A stretch of DNA of 64,000 nucleotides from the NCBI RefSeq assembly GCF_030144855.1, contig NC_082706.1, positions 42,470,001-42,534,000 of the forward strand, written 5' to 3'. Of the stretch, positions 13,205-26,558 are shown piece by piece; within the stretch, counting starts at the first letter, position 1, and each line of letters opens with the position of its first letter. The position numbers and the translations under genes were made by a program. The stretch is from Hypanus sabinus. Taxonomy: Eukaryota. The notes below the pieces were generated by a model. That model was not told where the DNA came from. It worked only from the letters and a program-made list of their open reading frames with translations, and searched no databases.

Positions 13205-13994
13205 CCTAAGTATGTTATCCAAACAAAAGGAAAAGTTAAGCGTTTCTACAGCGAGTCCATCATTCGTTGGAAAGTCTGTGCTGCATTTTCAGCCCCAACA
13301 GCATGCTGCAGAAAAAGAAGCCAAAACGGGGTTATCACGGCTATTTTTTGGAATGTCCTCCAAGCACACAGACACCTGATGGCAGCTCTTAACTGGATCG
13401 ACTTTGGCAAAAAATAAATTTCCGACTGACCGTGCCGAAAATTCTAGGATTTGAGAGAGCTGGTAACAATCGGGGTGGTGGTCTCCTTAGTGCGTCGGTA
13501 TTCGCCTCATAGGCGGCAACACCATCCGATTTAAGAACCATATGGAGGAGCGATTCGACCAACGTTCCATGTTGGCAAACTCAGCCTTCGCGGTTGCAAT
13601 CTTTTCTGGGCCCATTCTACGCGTGCGGCACGGACTGGCGGGCCAGTTATGGGAATGTGGTGCTCAACGCCATACTTTGAAACTACAGTGAAGCATGCGG
13701 GTTTAGTGATGTTTTCGTTGACCGACATGCTCAATAACTCGGGAATTGTCCTAGAGAATCGGGGTCACCAATATAGGTTTTCACAATTAAAACGACATGA
13801 GTTGTTTAACGTTTAATTAAAAAAAAACCGTACAGCTGATTATTGAACTCCAAAAACCTGAACAGAATGCGCGGCAAAAACCCTTCACGTAAGTACGTCA
13901 TCACGTCAAACCAGCCTCTTAAAGTGACACGCCAACTCTAATGTCGGTTGTTGAAAATTGTGTACACTTAATAGTCCAATTGCAACACCATACA
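13205..13994 (-). mobile_element. Ty3/Gypsy relic: LTR, PBS and RT fragment
   Basis: Minus strand encodes GVEHHIPITGPPV and an FGLKNAAQTFQRMMD-like RT motif; PBS TGGTGACCCC at 13761-13770; LTR-like 13772..~13994 resembles 30400..30607. Confidence 0.75.
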
Positions 13995-14232
13995 ATATAA
14001 CCTCCCCTGGATTAGATCACAGCCTGTAGCGCCCCCCTTGGGGACTTGTTAATCAATATATAAACCCCCGAACGACTGGATTAGATCCTACCCTGTAACT
14101 AACTCCTGGGTATCCTTTCAATCAGTGGATTAGATCCCAGCCTAGAAACTACACCAGGGGAGCTGATATTTTATATATAACCCCCTGAAATCTATAGAGT
14201 AGATCCTAGGCTGTAACCCACTCAGGGGTTCT
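13995..14232. repeat. Degenerate ~65-bp tandem repeat block B (same family as block A)
   Basis: CCCCTGGATTAGATC-CAGCCTGTA ... TATATAAACCCC units. Confidence 0.75.
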
Positions 14233-14517
14233 GTCAAAGGGATTGTTTCGGTTGTCTGTACGCCGTTTAGGACGTGCAAGTTTGGAAGGGGTTGTCTTAA
14301 AACCGGGTCAAAAATCAGCGCCTTTTACCCTTTTAGGACATGTGCAAGTGTAACGTTTCGCCTCTAGTTCTGCACCAGGACGTCGTCGAACGTACGCTCT
14401 GTTTCCATTGTTGAGGCAGAAGACCATTGTCCGTCACTTGGAGATGTAACGTAGGTGATTTGGCGGATGGTCTAGGGAACCAGTGAACCTGCCTTTTCTC
14501 TTTAGGACTCTAGGGGG

Positions 14518-15741
14518 ATGGAAACACAGCTGACCTGGGTCACATTGGTAATGTCCCGAATTCTTCCAATCACACTGCTTTTGACCAGCGCTCTCTCGGC
14601 GTCCGCTGGTTCTTCGAACTCCTGTGACCCAAACCGGTCGTGCCTAATCCCGTTTCTGAGCCGCAACCCGGCCACGCTGATCTGTCCCAACGTCCCTTCC
14701 GAAGCCGGAGAGGTGGCCTGGGCGTACTCTAACAGCTCGGAGCCCGGCTCCGGGGCGGTGGTGCTGGTGGGAGCGGGGGCCGTCCCGCTCGGAGGAGGAA
14801 GTCTGGGCGACCTGCAGTCCCGTTGCCGGTTCTCCCCGCCGCACATCTCCATACGACCCGCCACTGTGCGGGACTCCGGCGTCTACCTGTGTCAGATGGA
14901 CGGCAGGACTTTGGCTTACTACGAGGCGGACGTCCAGGATGTGGAGAAGGCTCACCTCTCGGGCAAGCCCGTCGGAGTCCCGGCGCTACCCAGCACCTTC
15001 CGAGAAGTAAAGGGGCAGCACTGGAAACTTTTCACCGTCTGGAACGCCTGGCAAGATTGCGACCGGTGCGGCGCCCCGGGGGAAAGGAGGCGCCTTGGTT
15101 TCTGCTACGCCCGTCCCGTCGTTGGGCAGGAGCAAGCCGTGCCCTGCGGAATCGCGGCTTCAGCCGGGCGTCCCGAGCTGGCCAGTCGGGGTCCTGAGAT
15201 AGCGCTGGAACCCTGCCAGGTGCCGTGCCTCACAGAATCGCCTTACGAAGCGCACGTCAGGCGCTTGGAGCTGCCGGGTCGAAGATTCGTCCCGCTCGAC
15301 CTACCCCGCACCCTCCTCATCGAGACTTACCTGGTCAACGTCAACGGGAACGCGAGCCTCAAGTGTCCCGGCGCCTCCGCCTTCACCCCGGTCTCCTGGC
15401 GGAGGGACTCCGTCTACATAACGCGGGACGAGCTGTCTAGACGGCGGGGGAGCACTCATTCCTTAGACGAGCTCACCGGGCGCAGCGCCTACACCATTGC
15501 CGGGGCACAGAAAGATGACGAGGGTGTGTACAGGTGCTACGTGTCCGGGGAACTGGCCGCTTCTTTCCACTTGAAAGTGCTGGATCCTTACAGGAGAGGA
15601 GCGGCGGCAGAGGGCAACGCCATAAGCGCTGTCTGGTACTTCTTGGCTACCGTCTCGATGACCTTCGTGCTCCTGGGATTCCTGAGCTTTCTGTACATCT
15701 ACTGCACCCAAGTGCGACGGCACCAGGTCGTTCACTGGTAG
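14518..15741 (+). CDS. FAM187B: FAM187B-like Ig-domain type I membrane protein, paralog 2 (407 aa, single coding exon)
   Basis: Intact ORF: signal peptide, Ig (DSGVYLC), YYEADVQD, WNAWQDCDRCGAPGERRRLGFCY, second Ig (CPGASAFTPVSW...DEGVYRC), TM helix. An acceptor-like CCTTTTCTCTTTAG ends at 14505. Alternative ATG at 14551. Confidence 0.85.
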   Translation: METQLTWVTLVMSRILPITLLLTSALSASAGSSNSCDPNRSCLIPFLSRNPATLICPNVPSEAGEVAWAYSNSSEPGSGAVVLVGAGAVPLGGGSLGDLQSRCRFSPPHISIRPATVRDSGVYLCQMDGRTLAYYEADVQDVEKAHLSGKPVGVPALPSTFREVKGQHWKLFTVWNAWQDCDRCGAPGERRRLGFCYARPVVGQEQAVPCGIAASAGRPELASRGPEIALEPCQVPCLTESPYEAHVRRLELPGRRFVPLDLPRTLLIETYLVNVNGNASLKCPGASAFTPVSWRRDSVYITRDELSRRRGSTHSLDELTGRSAYTIAGAQKDDEGVYRCYVSGELAASFHLKVLDPYRRGAAAEGNAISAVWYFLATVSMTFVLLGFLSFLYIYCTQVRRHQVVHW

Positions 15742-18700
15742 CAGTCCACCCGTAACGAGTTGTCCGCTTGTAATTCATAAGGGCATTCAGCCCGTTTTAG
15801 TTCCCGCCAGCCCTCAAAGCGGTAGCATCGATTAGGTCCCTCCCTGAAGCCTATTGTCTCTCTCAAATTGCCCCACTCATTCACGCACATACTCTCAAGG
15901 ATAACAAACACACTCTTTGTAGGAGTGTGAGAAGGAATCCCACAAGGAGAATGTGTAAATTCCTCGCGTACGTACGCGGGCAAATGCACACGCAGACCAC
16001 GCAGATCGGTACTGGGAGACGTGGTCCCTGCTCCCCGATTCCCACACACACAGAGGGCCGGATCCTCCTCTTAAACACCCCGACTGTCCCACACAGATGC
16101 AGGGTTTAACTGTGGACCTCAAATGCCCCTGGTAGAGATCAAACTCTTGCCATGGAGCTGAGAGGCAGTGATTCTACCCGCTACGCCACTAACCCTACCC
16201 TTCTGCTGAAAAGCCATGAACTCAATGCGCGGCTTCCTTTACAAACAACGTTAAACTTCTCATTGAAATTTTATCCCGGACGGTCTTAATTAGTCAATGC
16301 TCCCCACTTCATTAAAGTTGTCTTATGTTAAAGAGTGTGGTTAATTGAAAATGTACACTTTTATTAACTACCTGCAACTCAAGAGAAGGTCATTTACCCT
16401 TTAAGGTAATACAGCATGGAGACAGGCCCTTTGGCCCAACGTGTCCCTGCTAACCGATGCCCATCTAAGCTAATCCCACTTGCCCGCAGTTTGTCCATAT
16501 TCCCCCTACAGCCATGTATGACTTTAACATTTTTAATGTATCTGCCTCAACAATTTCCAAGTACCAACCACCCTCTGGGTAAAGAAGCTTCCCCTCATAA
16601 CTTCTGCCCTCTCACTTCCGCCCTCTAGTTTTTGGTTCACTTCCTCTGGGAGAAAAGACTGTGCATTTCCTCAGTCAATATTCCTCACAGAGAGAGTCAT
16701 AAGTGCATGGAACACCCTGCTGGAAGTGGTGGCAGGAGCATCTTTAGAATGTCCTCCTTCAGTCTTTTATGCTTCATTGAATAAAATCTTAGCCTGTTGA
16801 ACTTCTCAACTCAGGGCTCCAGGTTCTGTCAACTTTCTGGTGAATCTCTGCACTCTTTCCAGCTTAATGATATTGTTCTTATAGCATGCAGAGCTGGGCA
16901 GAGAATCGGCAGTTAGAGTTCAGTCCAGAAAAGTGTGAAGTAATGCACTTTAGAAGGTCAGATCTATCTATTTTTTTATTATTATTGAGAAATGGAATAG
17001 CAGACAGCCCAGTTTTGAAGGGCTTATGTACGGAGTTTTGGATGCTGGCACATGTTCCCACATTGGAATCTAATTCCAGGGAGCCTGGGAGATGTGAGGC
17101 TGCTACTGTTACACAGAAACACTCTTCCAGAATTTGGACAATGAATACTGAGGTGTTTTATTCAGTCCAAATGTAACGTTGTGGAAGCAAGAACGTTCCT
17201 ACCATTGGTCTATTGATCAGTGGCATGTCATCCTGCATTGAATCATATCCAAACCATTGACATCACCTACCACTGGTAATTATGTCAGGCGTCTGCTGAC
17301 TGGTGGAGTGGCATTTGCAATTTTCCGGAAGTATTCCAGAATCCAGTGTTTCTTGAAAGGTCGTCACTAATGCCTACTTCAGCCAGCTCTTCCAGAACCC
17401 TGGTCCAGGAGACTTACATTCTTCAGACCTTTCAGCTCGAAGCTATCATCAGACATGGAATGGCACAGCGGACTCCATTGGCTAAATGGCCTAATTCTGT
17501 TGCTAATTCTGTTTGTTATTAAACTGGAAAGAGTGCAGGAAAGACTCACGAGGATGTTACTGAGAATGGGGGAGGGGGCTTGAGTTATAAGGAGAGACTG
17601 GATAAGCTGGGACTGTTTTCCTTAGAGTGAAGGAGGCTGAGGGGTGACTTTAGAGGTTTTGAAAACCATGAGGGGTGTTCATAAGGTGGACCATCACAGA
17701 CCTTTCCCCAGGGTAGTGGACCCTAAAACATGAGGGCACAGGTTTAAGATGGGAGAGGTAAGAATTAAAGGAGCAGAATTTTCACCCAGAGGGCATTGGG
17801 TGTATGGAATAAGCTGTCAGAGGAAGTGGTAGATGTGAGTACATTGACAATGTTTAAGATACATTTAATCCGATCCATGAATGGGAAAAGTTTAGAAGGA
17901 TATGGGACAAACCGAGAAAATGGAAAAAGGCAAGGAGACAACCTGGTCAGCATGGGGGATGTGGGCTGAAGGGCCTGTTCCTGTGCTGTATAATTCTCCA
18001 ATTCTACATTGGCTGGGGTTTCGGAAACTGATTGGTGACCTTACTGAAAGATCTCAGTCCGTAAAGGGTCAGAATAGGGGAGATGAAGAGCTGTTTTCCC
18101 CAGTGGGAGAGTCTCAGTCAGGTGGACAGTTACAAGATCAGGGAATGGTTATTTATAATTGGGACACATCAGATCTTTAGACAGATGCTGGGGAATCTCA
18201 GCAATTCTTTGCCCTGGCATGCGCTGCAGGCCAGATGACCAGCAGAGGGAGCAGGAGAAATGGAATAGGAGTTGAAGCAACTGGCATCTCACAGAATGAG
18301 ATCAAGAGATTCGAGAAGTTACATCGCCACTTTATAAAACTCTGGTCAAGCCACATCTGGAATATTGCATTTAGTTCTGGTCATGCCATTACAGGAAGGC
18401 TTTGGAGAGAGTGCAGAAGTAGCACAGCCCTCCTCACCATCGAGGATATCTTCAAGATATGGTGACTCACAAAGGCAGCATCCATCACTGTGGACTCTCT
18501 CCATCCTGGACATGCACCCTTCTCTTTACTATCATCAGCAAGGAAGTATAGAAGCCTGTAGACACACACTCAACAATTCAGGAACAACCTCTTCCCTTCT
18601 GCCATCAGACTTTTGAATGGACCATGAACCCATAAGCCCTGCTTCATTATTCATGTTTTGCATGTTAATTATTTTTGCAACTTGTATACCTTTATGTCTT

Positions 18701-19458
18701 GCAGAGTACTGCTGCCACAAAACAACAAATCTCATACAAGTGTCAGTGCTAATAAACCTGATTCTGATTCTTAAAAGCAAGGTTATATTAATACAGCCAG
18801 GGAGTGGTGAATTGGAACCAGGAACCACAATCCATACTTCCACCAGAGGGCAATGTGGAGCCACATCTCTCCCCAACAATGGCAGAGTCACAAAGTACAG
18901 AAAAAGGCCGTCTGGCTCAACTGGTCTATGCTGACCAAGATTCCGATCCAAACTAATCCCATTTACCTGTGTTTGTCTTATATCCCTCTAAATATTTCCT
19001 AGTCATGTACCTGTCCAAGTCATTCTACGTGCTTCAACTACTTTCTCTGACAGCTCTTTGGCTGAAAAAATTTACCCCTCCTTTTTCTCTAATTTCACTT
19101 TAAAATTATGCCCTTTGGTTTTTGCCTCAGTTTCCATGGGATTGTGACCATCCACCTGATATACAACCCTTACGATTTTATAAATTTCTATAAAGTCACC
19201 CCTCAGCTGCCTTTACTCCAGGGACAATAGCCCCAGCCTATTCAGGGACTATTATAACCCAAGCCCTCCAGTCCTGGTAACACCCTGGTGAATCTTTCCT
19301 GCACCCTTTCCAGCTCAATGACATCCTTCTTAATGCTGGGCGACCAGAACTGCACACAGTACGCCAAGGCCTATCGCACCAATGTCTTGTACAACGCTTC
19401 ACACAGAGGATGGTGGATATATGGAACAAGTTTCAGGATGGAAAACATTGTGGCACTT

Positions 19459-21870
19459 ACATAGAAACATGGAAAACCTACAGGCCTTTCAGCCCACAGA
19501 GCTGTGCTGAACATGTCCATAGCTTAGAAATTACCCAGGGTTACCTGTAGTTCTCTATTTTTCTAAGCACCGTGTACCTATCCAGGCCTACACAACTGCC
19601 ACCGGCAGCCCATTCCATGCACTCACCACTCACTGCGTGAAAAACATACCCGACATCTCCTCTGTACCTTCTTCCTAGCACTGTAAAACTATGCCTTCTC
19701 GTGCTAGCCATTTCAGCCATGAGAAAAAGCCTCTGACTATCCACACAATCGATGCCTGTCATTATTTTGTACACCTCTATCAGGACACCTCTCATTCTCT
19801 CTCGGTCCAAGGAGCAAAGACCGAGTTCACTCAACCTATTCTCATAAGGCATACTCCTCAGTCCAGGCAACATCCTTGTAAATCTCCTCTGCACCCTTTC
19901 TATGGTTTCCACATCCTTCCTGTACAGAGGCAACCGGAACTGAGCACAGTACTCCAAGCAAGGTCTGACCAGGGTCCTATATAGCTGCAACATTACCTTT
20001 CAGCTTTTAAACTCAGTCCCATAATTGATGAAGACCAATTCACTGTATGCCTTCTTAATCACACAGTCAACCTGCGTGGCCGCTTAGAGTGACCTATGGA
20101 CTCAGACCCCAAGTTCCCTCTGATCCTCCCCACTGCCAAGAGTTTCATCATTAATGCAATATTCTGCCATCAGATTTGACCTCCCAAAATGAACCACCTC
20201 ACACTTATCTGGGTTGAACTCCATCTGCCACTTCTCAGCCCAGTTTTGCATCCTATCAATGTCCTGCTGTAACCTCTGAGAGCCCTCCACATTATCCACA
20301 ACACCCCCAACCTTTGTGTCATCAGCAAATTTACGAACACATCCCTCCATGTCGTCATCCAGATCATTTATAAAAATCACGAAGAGAAGGGGTCCCAGAA
20401 AAGATCCCTGAGGCACACCACTGGTCACTGGCCTCCATGCAGAATATGACCCACCTACAACCAATCTTCGCCTTCTGTGGGCAAGCCAGTTTTGGATCCA
20501 CAAAGCAATGTCCCCTCGGATCCTATGCCTTCTTACTTTCTCACTACGGCTTGCATGGGGTACCTTATCAAATGCCTTGCTAAAATCTGTATACACTACA
20601 TCTATGGCTCTACCTTCATTCATGTGTGTAGTCACATCCTCATGAAATTCAACCAGGCTCGTAAGACATGAGCTGCCTTTGACAATGCCATGTTTACTAT
20701 TCCTAATCATATTATGCCTCTCCAAATGTTAATAAATTTTCTAGATCTCTATCATTACCTAGCTTTTTGAACCTTTCGTAAGTTCTTCTTGACTGGATTT
20801 ACAACAGCCTCTGTGCACCACTGTCCCTGTACCCTACCATCCTTTCCCTGTCTCATTGGAACATACTTATGTAGAACCTCATACAAATATCCCCTGAATG
20901 TTTGCCACATTTCTTCCCTACGTTTCCATGAGAACATCTGTTTCCAGTTTATGTTTTCAAGTTCCTGCCTGATAGCCTCATATTTCCCCTTACTCCAATT
21001 AAACATTTCCCTAATTTGTCTGTTCCTATCCCTCTCCAATGCTATGGTAAAGGAAATAGAATTGTGATCACTATCTCCAAAATGCTCTCCCACTGAGAGA
21101 CCAGTTCATTTCCCAATATCAAATCAAGTACAGCCTCTCCTCTTGTAGACGTATCTACATATTGTGTCAAGAAACCATTCTGAACACACCTAACAAACTC
21201 CACCCTATCGAAATCCCTCAGTATAGGGAGGTGCCAATTAATATTTGGGAAATTAAAATTTTCCATTACAACAACCCCATAATTATTACACCTTTCCAGA
21301 ATCTGTCTCCCTATCTGCTCCTCAATGTCCCTGTTACTATCAGGTGGTGAATAAACATCGCCCTGCAGAATTATTGACCCCTTCCTATTCCCAGCTTCCA
21401 CCCACAGACTCCATAGACAACACCTCCATGACTTCCTCCTTTTCTGCAGCCATGACGCTAATTCTGATCAACAGTAGTACATCCCCACATCTTTTGCCTC
21501 CCTCCCTGTCCATTCTGAAACATCTAAAGCCTAGCATTTGAAGTAACCATTTCTGCCCCTGAGCCATCCAAGTCCCTGTAATGGCCACAACATCATAGCT
21601 CCCAATGCTGATCCACGCTCTGAGCTCATCCATTTTATTCATAATAATCCTCACATTAAAATAGACACATCTCGAACCATTGGGCTGAGTATGTCCCTTC
21701 TCTATCATCTACCTATCCTCCTTTTTGCACTGTCTCCAAGCTTTCTCCATTTGTGAGCCAACCTCCCTTTCTTCCGTCACTTTAGTTCAGTTCCCACCCC
21801 CAGCAAGTCTAGGTTAAACTCTCCCCAATAGCCTTAGCAAACCTCATCGCCAGGATATTGGTCCCCTCAG
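19459..21870 (-). mobile_element. CR1 LINE with degenerate ORF2 and an internal deletion near 20740
   Basis: ORFs 21385..21708 and 21042..21401 (APE), 20755..21093 (GDSDHNSI), 20102..20725 (SGVPQGS, FADD) and 19541..19993 (LYRTLVRP). Confidence 0.9.
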
Positions 21871-22324
21871 ATACAATGATGACCTTTAAAAGACACTTGA
21901 TCAGGTGATGAGCAGGTGTACAGGAGTGAGATAGATCAGCTGGTCGAGTCGTATTGCAACAACAATCTTGGTCTTACTGACAGTGTGGGCATTTCTCAGA
22001 TTACACAAGGTTATCACAAGGGAAAGGTGGTCTGGAAGAGCAGGATTTATATTTATTCAGTAATACAAGAAAGAAATACATGGACGATGTATAGGCAATA
22101 CTGTTATTCTAACCATTCCCCCTTCAACAGCTTGCTCACCGTATTGTATTGACTTGGCTTGCATATCACATAGACAGATAGGATGCAACATGCACGGTCA
22201 ACCTGAACAATGGAGGGCCTTAGAATGCATTTTCCTAACACATAGTATTGGGTTCAGGGGAACACAGGTTCCCATCAAATCACACACTAAATTTATCAGG
22301 AAACCTATCAAACACCCCCTCCCA

Positions 22325-22800
22325 CATCTACAAGGAATGAATCAGTTTTGTGATGGGACACTCTCCACTTGCCTGGGTGGAGTTAAGTACATGCTCTGCA
22401 TCTGCCACATTACCTCCAACTCTCTTCCAACACCCACCCCCTACCCCCGTCAAGGCAAAGTCAGGAGTGTTATGTGACACTCTCCATTTGCCATGCCAGA
22501 GTTCATCCATGCACTCCACATCCACCACATTAACATTTACCTGCCTCCCTCAAAGGACAAGGCAGCAGTGTGATGGAACACTCCCCACTTGCCTGGGTAG
22601 AGTTAGTTCATGTATTCCTCATCCACTACATTACCTTTCCCACATATGCAAAGCATGGAGCAGGAGTGTGATGGGACACTTCCCATTTCCCTGGCTGGGC
22701 ACGGCCTCAATGACTGTCAAGAAGCTTGACACCATCTAGGATCCAGTAGTCTGTGCAATCAGCACCCTATCTATTCTCCCAAAATACTCCCTTCACCACT
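22325..22800 (+). repeat. Four degenerate tandem copies (~110-120 bp) of a LINE-derived segment
   Basis: GAGTGTGATGGGACACTCTCCACTTGCCTGGGT-like core near 22348, 22465, 22567 and 22663. Confidence 0.6.
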
Positions 22801-23689
22801 GGTGCATGATGTTTGCAGTGTACACCATCCTTTAAATGTTGTTAATGTACCTGTTGTCTTTTAAATGCCATTAGCGTACCTGTCTCAACCACTAACTTAA
22901 ATTATTCTAATTTAATAATACCTTTTGCAAAAAGCTTGCCCCTGGATTCCTAATAGATTTCTCCCCCCACCTTAAACCTAGATATTGATTCCCCAAACCC
23001 TGAGAAAAAGACTGTAAGCATTTACCCTGTCTCTGCCTCTTGTGCTTTTATACTCCTCTATAAGATCACACCTCAGTCTGCAGCATTCTGTAGACTATTC
23101 TCTAAGTGTGACCTCAATAACATCTTGCGCAACTACACCACAACATCCCACTAGCCAGACTGTTATGACTGATGAGGCTAGCATGCCAACACCTTCTTCA
23201 CCATTCTATACAACTGTGACTCCACTTTTAAAGAACAATGCCCTTTTACTCCAAACTTCCCCTATTCTACAACACTTCCCTGGGTCCTACTGTTCACTGG
23301 TCAAGTCCCATCTGGATTTGCCTTCCTAAAATCCAACACCATGCACTTATCTGATAAAATCAGTTTGCCATTCTTCCAGAAACTTCTACAGGTGATCAGG
23401 GTTTCTGTAAAAATGGAACCTATGCATAACATAACTCATTCCATCAACTCTCACCAACTTTTAATGATGCACTATAGCAAGAATCTTATTGGGAGGCTTC
23501 ACAGCTTGGTATGGCAACTGCTCTGCACGTGACCACAAGAAACTCCAGAGAATTGTTGACACTACTCAGCATAACACAGATTCCCCTCCGTGGACTCCTT
23601 CTAATTGCCTTGATAGAGAAGCAAAAGAATGAAATATCCCACCTACCCTGGAGACCCTCTCTTCTCCCCTCCTCCATCATATATCAGAA

Positions 23690-25525
23690 AATAGATTAAA
23701 ACTGACAACACTGAATCTATGAACTGGATGGTGTCAAAGAGCCTCAAACTGTCAGACCAGAAGTGATTGAACAGTATGACATTGAACTTCTGAAGTTCGA
23801 CAAGGATACTGGGAAAGCAATTCTGCCTGACGCGTTGAGAACAGAAATACTAAAGCCGGGTTCGAAGTATTTTCAGAACAGTGAGGGGCCTTTAATGCCA
23901 ACAAGTAACTGCTCAATGAACAAAATTTGGTTTAAGAGTAAATTGGGAAACGGTCATGGTGAGGAAGTGACTCGCTCATGGCTGGTCTATTCCCCTTCTT
24001 AAAAGTCTGCATTTTGTATCTGTTACCTTCTCTATTCCCAGTCAGATCATCAAATCTTATTGGAGCAGGAAAATGGATTCAACCAGTGGAAAGCACCTGT
24101 GAGGATTAGTCTTCATGAAAATGCCAAGAATCATCGGAAATGCTTCACACAGTGGAAAGAAATGCAAAGAAATTTAGCTGGAAACAGAGGAGTTATTCAC
24201 GCGGTATTTCAGTCACAGATTGTGAAGGAAAAGCGGAAGTGGCGTGCTATCTTGACGAGAATCCTTCACTGCATAATATTACTTGGAACTCAGAACCTGG
24301 CTTTGCGAGGACACGGGGAATCACTTCAGCTAGACAATGACTCCAATGTGGGAAATTTCCTTGGCTTACTGAAACTACTGACCATTTTTGACCCTGTCAT
24401 AAAAGAACACTTCACTCATTTGGAAAGACATCCTGCATCCACATCTTATCATTCACCAGGTGTCTAGAACAAATTCATCCACATGATGGCATCCACTGTC
24501 CACCAGTGTTTACTGAGAAGCATTCGTAAAGCCTATGGTCTCATGTTCAACACGACTCCTGATCAGGCAGATGTCAGAATTTTATCCATGAGCAGATGTC
24601 AGAATTCGTGAGGTATGTGGAAGTTGATTTTGAGAGGAAAACAGTCCGTGTTAGAGTCCTTCATTAATTTTATCCAGATAAGCCAGAAGGATGCTGAGAG
24701 TTTGGTTGAAGACATCTAGAAACAACTAGAGAAGAATGAAATGGAGCTATCGGTCACAGTGCTATGACAATGTTGCTGTGATGGCTGGACACAGAAGTGG
24801 TGTTGATCAAAGAATAAATGAGAAAAACAGCCTGGTAGTGTTTGTTAATTGCCACAATCACTCACTCATCTTGGTGGGTGTACCTGCAGACAAGCAGGAT
24901 ACAATGATGGTCACATTTTCTGGAACCATCGAAGCTCTCTACATGTTCAATGCAGCACTGGGAAAAACTCAAGAACACCGTGCCTACGGTTGCTAAGTCA
25001 GTGTCCGAAACCAGGTGGAGTGCAAGGACAGAAGCAGTGAAGCCCATTAACAAGTACCTTGAGGAGATACTTCAAGTTCTCCAGGACATGATAGACAATA
25101 AAAACAAGACCAGTGAAACAAGAAGTGATGGAAGGCAGCTGTACAACTGCACGTTGAGTTACGATTTTCTGACTTTGCTAGGATTTTGGAACAAAGTACT
25201 CATTCGCATTGACCGTACTCAAAAGAGGCTGCAGGATCCTGGCATGAACTTCCATGATGCTGCCCTGGATTTGAAAGCCCTCTGGGATCATATTTATGAT
25301 GAAAATTTGGTCAGTGAGTCACTCGAAGGAGGAGTAGGGCTCTATCAAGAATGGAATATTGAAGCTGAAAGACATCAGAGACGAAATAAACGAATGGCTA
25401 ACGAAAACTTGCCAGATGCTGAGTTAATAGTTAAGGAGGAAATGGAAAAAGTCATGAAAGGAACAGTCCACCGTCTTCACAGAAATGGACGAAAGGTTCG
25501 CTCATTTATTTGCACGACACTGACG
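23690..25525 (+). mobile_element. Decayed hAT transposase (ZMYM1-like: TTF zinc finger, DUF4371, RNase H-like core)
   Basis: RSWLVYSPS*KSAFC, QNLALRGH...GNFLGLLKLL..FD, SQCYDN.AVMAG, FVNC.NHSL.L and SETRWSAR motifs split by stops and frameshifts; no TIRs identified. Confidence 0.85.
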
Positions 25526-25598
25526 AAAAGATTAACGAGCTTGATTTGTATTTTCGAGCTGACATTATGGTAAATTTATCTAAAAGATGGAGGTCAGA

Positions 25599-25986
25599 TG
25601 TCAGAAACACACTGAGTCTCAGCAATTTGCAGAACGGTAAACTTTATTTTTCGAGTCTGCAGAGTCGGACCCAACCAGCTCCTGCTAGATTGAGTGCCGA
25701 ATTACACTTTGCACAGTTTTTTATACCCTACATTCTTCTTTAATCTCATTACAAAATTACAAATGTGATTACCCCTTTGGCCCACTTATCAGCCTCAGCG
25801 CATTAACACCGTTATTGTTCAACCGTTAAGCATGTCTTCCCGTTACCCGTATCGCTTCTTTAATCAGCAAGCTATTGTTTCATCCTGATTTTGCAAATTG
25901 GTTTATACGTTGCCCTGCAAGTTGCTTTGCACGTTCTTTCTGTGTCAGCACATTCTAAATGGACTCCTTAAGAATCATTTCTCTCA
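25599..25986 (-). repeat. ERV 3' LTR (388 bp)
   Basis: Identical by eye to 29674..30061; preceded on the minus strand by PPT AAAAAGAAAAAGGGTGG. Confidence 0.95.
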
Positions 25987-26016
25987 ATCCACCCTTTTTC
26001 TTTTTAGAATGTGCTA

Positions 26017-26541
26017 TCAGTTGGGCTTTTGCCACGGGTTTACATAGGCTTCTTCCTCTAGCTCTATTTCCCTTTGTAGGAGTACCTGAACAGGATCAGC
26101 TGGGGCCCCTGGTTGCATGACTTGTCTTGCCACCCGAGCTACTAGCTCCCGCAAGCAGGGGATCAGACATGGTAGCAGAAGGAGGACCATCAATCCCCCT
26201 CCTATAACCCCTAAAGCGGTTCGCCACCAGCCTCCTTTCAACCATCCGTCCAGCCAGTCCCAATACCCCAGCGGCTTCCAGGTCTGTACCGGCACGTGGG
26301 CTAGTTTCCTTATTTTATCTGATATTTTTTTGAACCACCTTTCCGTTGTCATCTATCTTTCAGCAGCAGTTGGTTAGATTAAACTTTCCACATACTCCTC
26401 CTTTTTGTTGTAGTCATAACATTTCTCGTTTACATGCGAGTGTGATACAAAGGACCCTGGAAAAACCGTCATGCCCACCCTTACCGTCGTCCTGCACTTA
26501 TCACATCCCCCTTCAGCGCTTCTCAACAATAGCAGTATATA
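26017..26541 (-). pseudogene. env: ERV env remnant: signal peptide and SU start joined to the TM C-terminus
   Basis: MYILLLLRSAEGGCDKCRTT..., then after a junction near 26400 GGVCGKFNLTNCC*KIDDNG and RKLAHVPVQTW followed by a TM helix (LLLLPCLIPCL). Confidence 0.85.
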
Positions 26542-26558
26542 CATTACAGTCCCAAAGT

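Noticed and set aside
10095-14232. CRISPR-like appearance of spaced ~65-bp repeats
   Set aside because: The units are degenerate along their whole length, there are no unique spacers or cas genes, and the context is vertebrate.
23763-25573. Domesticated ZMYM1-like host gene
   Set aside because: Multiple stops, frameshifts and truncation indicate a dead transposon.
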